This document shows, piece by piece, positions 60,318 through 64,000 of a DNA stretch of 64,000 nucleotides; the stretch's first letter is position 1, and each line of letters starts with the position of its first letter. The translations under genes were made by a program, and so were the position numbers. Below the pieces are notes generated by a model. That model made no database searches. It was not told the DNA's origin and saw nothing but the letters and a program-made list of their open reading frames with translations. This DNA is from Candidatus Limivicinus sp. (GTDB lineage: Bacteria > Bacillota > Clostridia > Oscillospirales > Oscillospiraceae): positions 18,912 through 82,911 of the forward strand of contig JAZNUQ010000073.1 in assembly GCA_045592365.1 (NCBI GenBank). Reading direction: 5' to 3'.

Positions 60318-61630
60318 CAGCTTACGGCGACGATTTTTTCCGAGCCGTCGGGCTCATCGGGAAAATCCACCAGCTTGATGTCCGCTCCGAGGGCGGTGAG
60401 CTTGCCCACGAAGTTTTCGTAGCCGCGCTCGATAAAGTGAATGTCCTCAATAACGGTGGTGCCGCTGGCGCACATGCCGGCAATGACCATGGCAGCGCCC
60501 GCTCTCAGATCGCAGGCCTGAACCAGCGCGCCGGTGAGACTTGTGCAGCCCTCAAACACGGCAACACGCCCGTCCACATGAATTTCCGCGCCCATCTTGC
60601 GAAGCTCGTTTACATACTTGAAGCGGTTATCGTAAATACCCTCGGTTATAACGGAGGTGCCGTTTGCAAGGCTCAGCAGGGTACCCATCTGGGGCTGCAT
60701 GTCCGTGGGGAAGCCGGGGTAAGGCAGGGTCTTGAGGTTGACGCGGCGCAGGGTGCTTGCGCTCTTCACCAGCACCGAATCCTCATATTCCTGCACGATG
60801 GTGCCGGTCTCACGGAGCTTTGCGCTTATGCACTCAAGGTGCTTGGGCACAACATTCTTCACCAGCACCTCACCGCCGGTGGCAGCGGCGGCTACCATGT
60901 AGGTGCCGGCCTCTATCTGGTCGGGGATGATGGTGTAGGTGCCGCCGTGGAGCCTGTCGGTGCCGTTTATCTTGATGGTATCGGTACCTGCCCCGCGAAC
61001 ATCCGCACCCATGGTGTTGAGGAAGTTTGCAAGGTCAACGATGTGGGGCTCACGGGCGCAGTTTTCAATGATGGTGCGGCCCTGTGCCAGCACCGCCGCC
61101 AGCATAATGTTCATGGTGGCGCCCACGGAAACCTTGTCAAGGTATATCCTTGTGCCGTGGAGCTTGCCGTCCCTGGTGTCGGCATAGACAAAGCCGTTTT
61201 TCACATCCACCTCGGCGCCGAGGGCGGTCATGCCCTTGATGTGCTGCTCGATGGGTCTAACACCGAAGTTGCAGCCGCCGGGCATGGTGGTCTTTGCCTT
61301 GCCGAAGCGGCCCAGCATAGCGCCTATAAGGTAGTAGGAGGCTCTTATCTTACGGGTAAGCTCGTAGGGAGCGTCCTGATAATGCACATCAGTGCAGTCA
61401 ATTTCGATAACACCGCTGCTTATGAAGCGTACCTTTGCCCCAAGCTGGGAAAGGATGGTAAGCAGCATGTCGGTGTCGCTTATCTGAGGGATGTTTTCGA
61501 TGCGGCAGACGCCGTTGACCATCAGCGCTGCGGGTATGATTGCCACGGCTGCATTCTTTGCGCCGCTTATCTCCACTTCACCGTGCAGCGTTGTGCCGCC
61601 GTTAATAACATATTTCTCCAAGATTTGCAC
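60317..61630 (-). CDS. murA: UDP-N-acetylglucosamine 1-carboxyvinyltransferase
   Basis: L.GEVEISGAKNAAVAIIPAAL start, GGCNFGVRPIEQHI with the active-site Cys, and PGFPTDMQ. Confidence 0.95.
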   Translation of the reverse strand: MQILEKYVINGGTTLHGEVEISGAKNAAVAIIPAALMVNGVCRIENIPQISDTDMLLTILSQLGAKVRFISSGVIEIDCTDVHYQDAPYELTRKIRASYYLIGAMLGRFGKAKTTMPGGCNFGVRPIEQHIKGMTALGAEVDVKNGFVYADTRDGKLHGTRIYLDKVSVGATMNIMLAAVLAQGRTIIENCAREPHIVDLANFLNTMGADVRGAGTDTIKINGTDRLHGGTYTIIPDQIEAGTYMVAAAATGGEVLVKNVVPKHLECISAKLRETGTIVQEYEDSVLVKSASTLRRVNLKTLPYPGFPTDMQPQMGTLLSLANGTSVITEGIYDNRFKYVNELRKMGAEIHVDGRVAVFEGCTSLTGALVQACDLRAGAAMVIAGMCASGTTVIEDIHFIERGYENFVGKLTALGADIKLVDFPDEPDGSEKIVAVS

Positions 61631-61727
61631 CTTCCAATACTCTTGAGCCGGCGCTCAGGCCTGCCCAATGTGTGATTTTAGCATATATAGCAGTAAATAG
61701 CAAGTCTTTTAACAATATACTGGGTTT

Positions 61728-62279
61728 TCAGCAGCCTATGCCCTGTTTTTTCAGGTATTTTTCCGCCTTGAGTGCGGCCACAACGGTCTTTGCATCCTCT
61801 ATCTCCCCGGCCATGACCAGCTCCACCAGCCTGCTCAGGGGCATGCGCTCCACATTCAGATACTCGTCCTCGTCCGGGTGGCATTCACCCCTGTGAAGCC
61901 CCAGCGCCAGATACACATGCAAAACCTCATCCGTGATTCCCGGTGAAGTGCAGCAGCAGCCGAGGCTTATGAGCTTATCCGCCGTGTAGCCCGTCTCCTC
62001 GGACAGCTCCCTTTCAGCGCACAGCAGCACATCCTCTCCCCGCTCCAGCTTGCCTGCCGGGGCCTCCAGCATCATTCTGCCAAAGGGGTAGCGAAACTGC
62101 CGCACAAGGGTCACAAAGCCCTCCTCGTCCACCGGCAGCACCGTCACGCCGCCGGGGTGCTCCACCACCTCACGCCTGACGATCTTGCCGTTGTGAAGCT
62201 GAGCCCTGTCCAGACGCACGGTAACGATCACGCCCTCGTACTTCACTTCACCGTCTATCCGTTTTTCTTCAAAGTCCAA
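61728..62279 (-). CDS. NUDIX hydrolase (ADP-ribose pyrophosphatase-like)
   Basis: Nudix box GKLERGEDVLLCAERELSEETG. Confidence 0.85.
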   Translation of the reverse strand: MDFEEKRIDGEVKYEGVIVTVRLDRAQLHNGKIVRREVVEHPGGVTVLPVDEEGFVTLVRQFRYPFGRMMLEAPAGKLERGEDVLLCAERELSEETGYTADKLISLGCCCTSPGITDEVLHVYLALGLHRGECHPDEDEYLNVERMPLSRLVELVMAGEIEDAKTVVAALKAEKYLKKQGIGC

Positions 62280-62463
62280 AACGGCGCTCCCCCCTTTTCA
62301 CATAATTGTTCCGATTTACATAATAACCACGAACAGTATATCACAGGCTATTTGCGATTTCCATATTTTTTATATGGAAAATTCAAAAAAATTCGTTATT
62401 ATTTAGGTAAAAGCAACTTTTTTATTAACAAAAATTGCAAATTTAGTGTAGAGAGGTTTCATT

Positions 62464-62682
62464 ATGGTTACATATTGCCTTGACGACGGCTGCCTTGCCG
62501 CCATAGCGGATGAGGAGGAGCTGGAGTATGCGGGGGCGCTTGTGCGCGCCTGTCTTGAGGGCAGCGGCATCCGTCCCTGGGAGAAGCTGGAGCTTGATGC
62601 CTTTTCCCTTAACGGCAGAACCCTGCTGCTTGCCCGCCCCGCCCCCGCAGGAAGGCCTCGGCGGTATCGGCTTAAAAATTAG
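62464..62682 (+). CDS. hypothetical small protein
   Basis: 72 aa ORF preceded by GAGAGG 7 nt upstream. GC-rich coding style. No recognised motif. Confidence 0.45.
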   Translation: MVTYCLDDGCLAAIADEEELEYAGALVRACLEGSGIRPWEKLELDAFSLNGRTLLLARPAPAGRPRRYRLKN

Positions 62683-62690
62683 ACTTTTAT

Positions 62691-62745
62691 TTTCCTTTCC
62701 GATGTGCTACAATAAAATGTAGCAGCATTCTGCGGGAAAGGAAGT
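62691..62745 (+). promoter_or_regulatory. long imperfect hairpin overlapping the smpB ribosome-binding site
   Basis: TTCCTTTCCG...ATGTGCTACA-ataaa-TGTAGCAgCAT...CgGGAAAGGAA. The 3' arm contains the GGAAAGGAAG Shine-Dalgarno sequence of smpB. Confidence 0.55.
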
Positions 62746-62751
62746 GAGAAT

Positions 62752-63216
62752 GTGGCCAGAGAGAAGGGCACCAAGGAGATAGTCTCCAACCGCAAGGCCT
62801 TTCACGAGTATTTTGTGCTGGAGCGCTTCGAGGCGGGCATAGAGCTTGCCGGCACCGAGGTCAAGTCCATCCGGGCCGGCACCGAGAACCTGAAGGACGC
62901 CTTCTGCACCGTCAAGGACGGTGAGCTGTTTGTACGGGGCATGCACATAAGTCCATACGAGCACGGCAACATTTTCAACCGTGACCCTGTGCGCCCGCGC
63001 AGGCTGCTTATGCACAAGCGCGAGATTATCAAGCTCAACAGCCGCATCATGCAGGACGGCGTGGCTCTCATTCCCCTGTCGCTGTATTTCAGAGACGGGC
63101 GTGTAAAGGTGGAGCTTGGGCTGTGCAAGGGCAAGAAGCTCCATGACAAGCGGGACAGTGAGGCTGACCGCCAGTCGAAGCGTGATATTGAGCGTGCAAT
63201 GAAAGAGCGAATGTAA
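62752..63216 (+). CDS. smpB: SsrA-binding protein SmpB
   Basis: NRKAFHEYFVLERFEAGIELAGTEVKSIR and LLMHKREI motifs. GTG start. Confidence 0.95.
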   Translation: MAREKGTKEIVSNRKAFHEYFVLERFEAGIELAGTEVKSIRAGTENLKDAFCTVKDGELFVRGMHISPYEHGNIFNRDPVRPRRLLMHKREIIKLNSRIMQDGVALIPLSLYFRDGRVKVELGLCKGKKLHDKRDSEADRQSKRDIERAMKERM

Positions 63217-63235
63217 TCGCAGAAAGGAAAGAATT

Positions 63236-63754
63236 ATGGCAAATCCCATCGTGACCTTCGAAATGGAAGACGGCGGCATTATGAAGGCCGAGCTTTACCC
63301 CTCCGTTGCTCCCAACACCGTAAACAACTTCATCTCCCTTGTCAGCAAGGGCTTTTATGACGGTCTTATTTTCCACCGTGTAATTTCCGGCTTTATGATC
63401 CAGGGCGGCGACCCCAAGGGCACCGGCATGGGCGGCCCCGGCTACTGCATCAAGGGCGAGTTCACCATGAACCGCTTCCAGAACGACCTGAAGCATGAGC
63501 GCGGCGTGCTTTCCATGGCGCGCACCATGGCACCCAACTCCGCAGGCAGCCAGTTTTTCATCATGCATGAAAACTCCCCCCATCTGGACAGGCAGTATGC
63601 AGCCTTCGGCAAGATAATCGAGGGTATTGAGGTTGTGGACAAGATAGCCGGCACCCGTGTTGACTATAATGACAGACCCAGAACTCCTCAGGTCATGAAG
63701 AAGGTCAGCGTTGAGACCTTCGGTGAGGTTTACCCCGAGCCTGAAAAGTGCTGA
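63236..63754 (+). CDS. ppiB: peptidylprolyl isomerase, cyclophilin type
   Basis: FHRVISGFMIQGGDP, GVLSMAR and SQFFI motifs. Confidence 0.92.
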   Translation: MANPIVTFEMEDGGIMKAELYPSVAPNTVNNFISLVSKGFYDGLIFHRVISGFMIQGGDPKGTGMGGPGYCIKGEFTMNRFQNDLKHERGVLSMARTMAPNSAGSQFFIMHENSPHLDRQYAAFGKIIEGIEVVDKIAGTRVDYNDRPRTPQVMKKVSVETFGEVYPEPEKC

Positions 63755-63786
63755 GGGAACAAAAAGCCTTTTTCACCGTCACATAG

Positions 63787-63962
63787 CTGAGGGATAGTCT
63801 TGGCTCTCCCTTTGGGAGAGCTGTCACAAAGTCCGTTCCCTCATGGGCTCCCCTTGTCAGGGGAGCTGGCGCGAAGCGCCTGAGGGGTAGTCTTGGCTCT
63901 CCCTTTGGGAGAGCTGTCACGGCAAACGAGACCCCCATTGAAGGCATTACCTTCAATGGGGA
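63787..63962. repeat. tandem 41-nt direct repeat (40/41 identical, 93-nt period) with internal hairpins, plus a flanking hairpin
   Basis: CTGAGGG(A/G)TAGTCTTGGCTCTCCCTTTGGGAGAGCTGTCAC at 63787-63827 and 63880-63920. Each copy contains GCTCTCCC-ttt-GGGAGAGC. Between them lie GCTCCCC-ttgtca-GGGGAGC and GGCGC-gaa-GCGCC. CCCCATTGAAGG-catta-CCTTCAATGGGG is at 63933-63961. Confidence 0.85.
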
Positions 63963-64000
63963 GAGGAAGAAGGAATGAACCAAGCGCAGTTTGCGGCGTG

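Noticed and set aside
60287-61675. 462-aa ORF antisense to murA
   Set aside because: MurA on the minus strand is unambiguous. The plus-strand translation is low-complexity and lacks any start-site signals.
63705-63983. 92-aa ORF on the minus strand downstream of ppiB (also 3330..3569, 37809..38015, 37862..38074 and 55653..55877)
   Set aside because: All coincide with the GC-rich hairpin repeat elements. The duplicated peptide segments (VTALPKGEPRL...) simply reflect the DNA repeats, and there are no RBS or start signals.
62280-64000. tmRNA (ssrA) gene expected near smpB
   Set aside because: No tRNA-Ala-like acceptor or T-arm, and no tag reading frame, could be recognised in the flanks of smpB or ppiB within the window. 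The structured DNA after ppiB is repeat-like rather than tmRNA-like.

Overview
This looks like a GC-rich Firmicutes/Clostridia chromosomal segment, judged from gene content, sigma-A type promoters and AGGAGG-type ribosome-binding sites. I cannot assign a species. I call about 73 protein-coding genes, 2 pseudogenes and 5 tRNAs: a Val-Phe-Gly-Cys operon and a single tRNA-Pro. Housekeeping blocks are truA-ecfT-ecfA2-ecfA1, pyk, hslO, metNIQ, murA-rlmH-pgm and smpB-ppiB. Between them lie small accessory modules: a YtrA-type ABC operon, SdpR/SdpI/YhfC, PadR/DUF1700/DUF4097, an aminoacylase/permease/beta-lactamase-like operon, two MATE pumps, a flavoenzyme pair with a FadR-type regulator, and a five-gene mtnA/aldolase/mtaD/PNP/ridA operon. 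Many long ORFs in the track are antisense artefacts of the high GC content and are not called. The strongest finding is at 34990-35245. A 37-codon ORF in which 10 of 15 consecutive codons are AUG sits between a consensus promoter and a strong intrinsic terminator, directly upstream of the methionine ABC transporter metNIQ. No S-box or T-box is visible there, so this is a candidate ribosome-mediated methionine attenuator. Other findings include: an AT-rich islet beside tRNA-Pro (HIT, macro-domain fusion, WYL regulator) with scrambled tRNA-Pro fragments; a deaminase-route 5'-deoxynucleoside/MTA salvage (DHAP-shunt-like) operon; an S41 peptidase with an in-frame TAA next to its catalytic Ser; a chimeric OYE/SDR gene remnant; an orphan AT-rich region with 14-nt-phased TTTATGT repeats; and several dispersed GC-rich hairpin repeat families. 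No CRISPR array, rRNA, transposase or integrase gene was seen.
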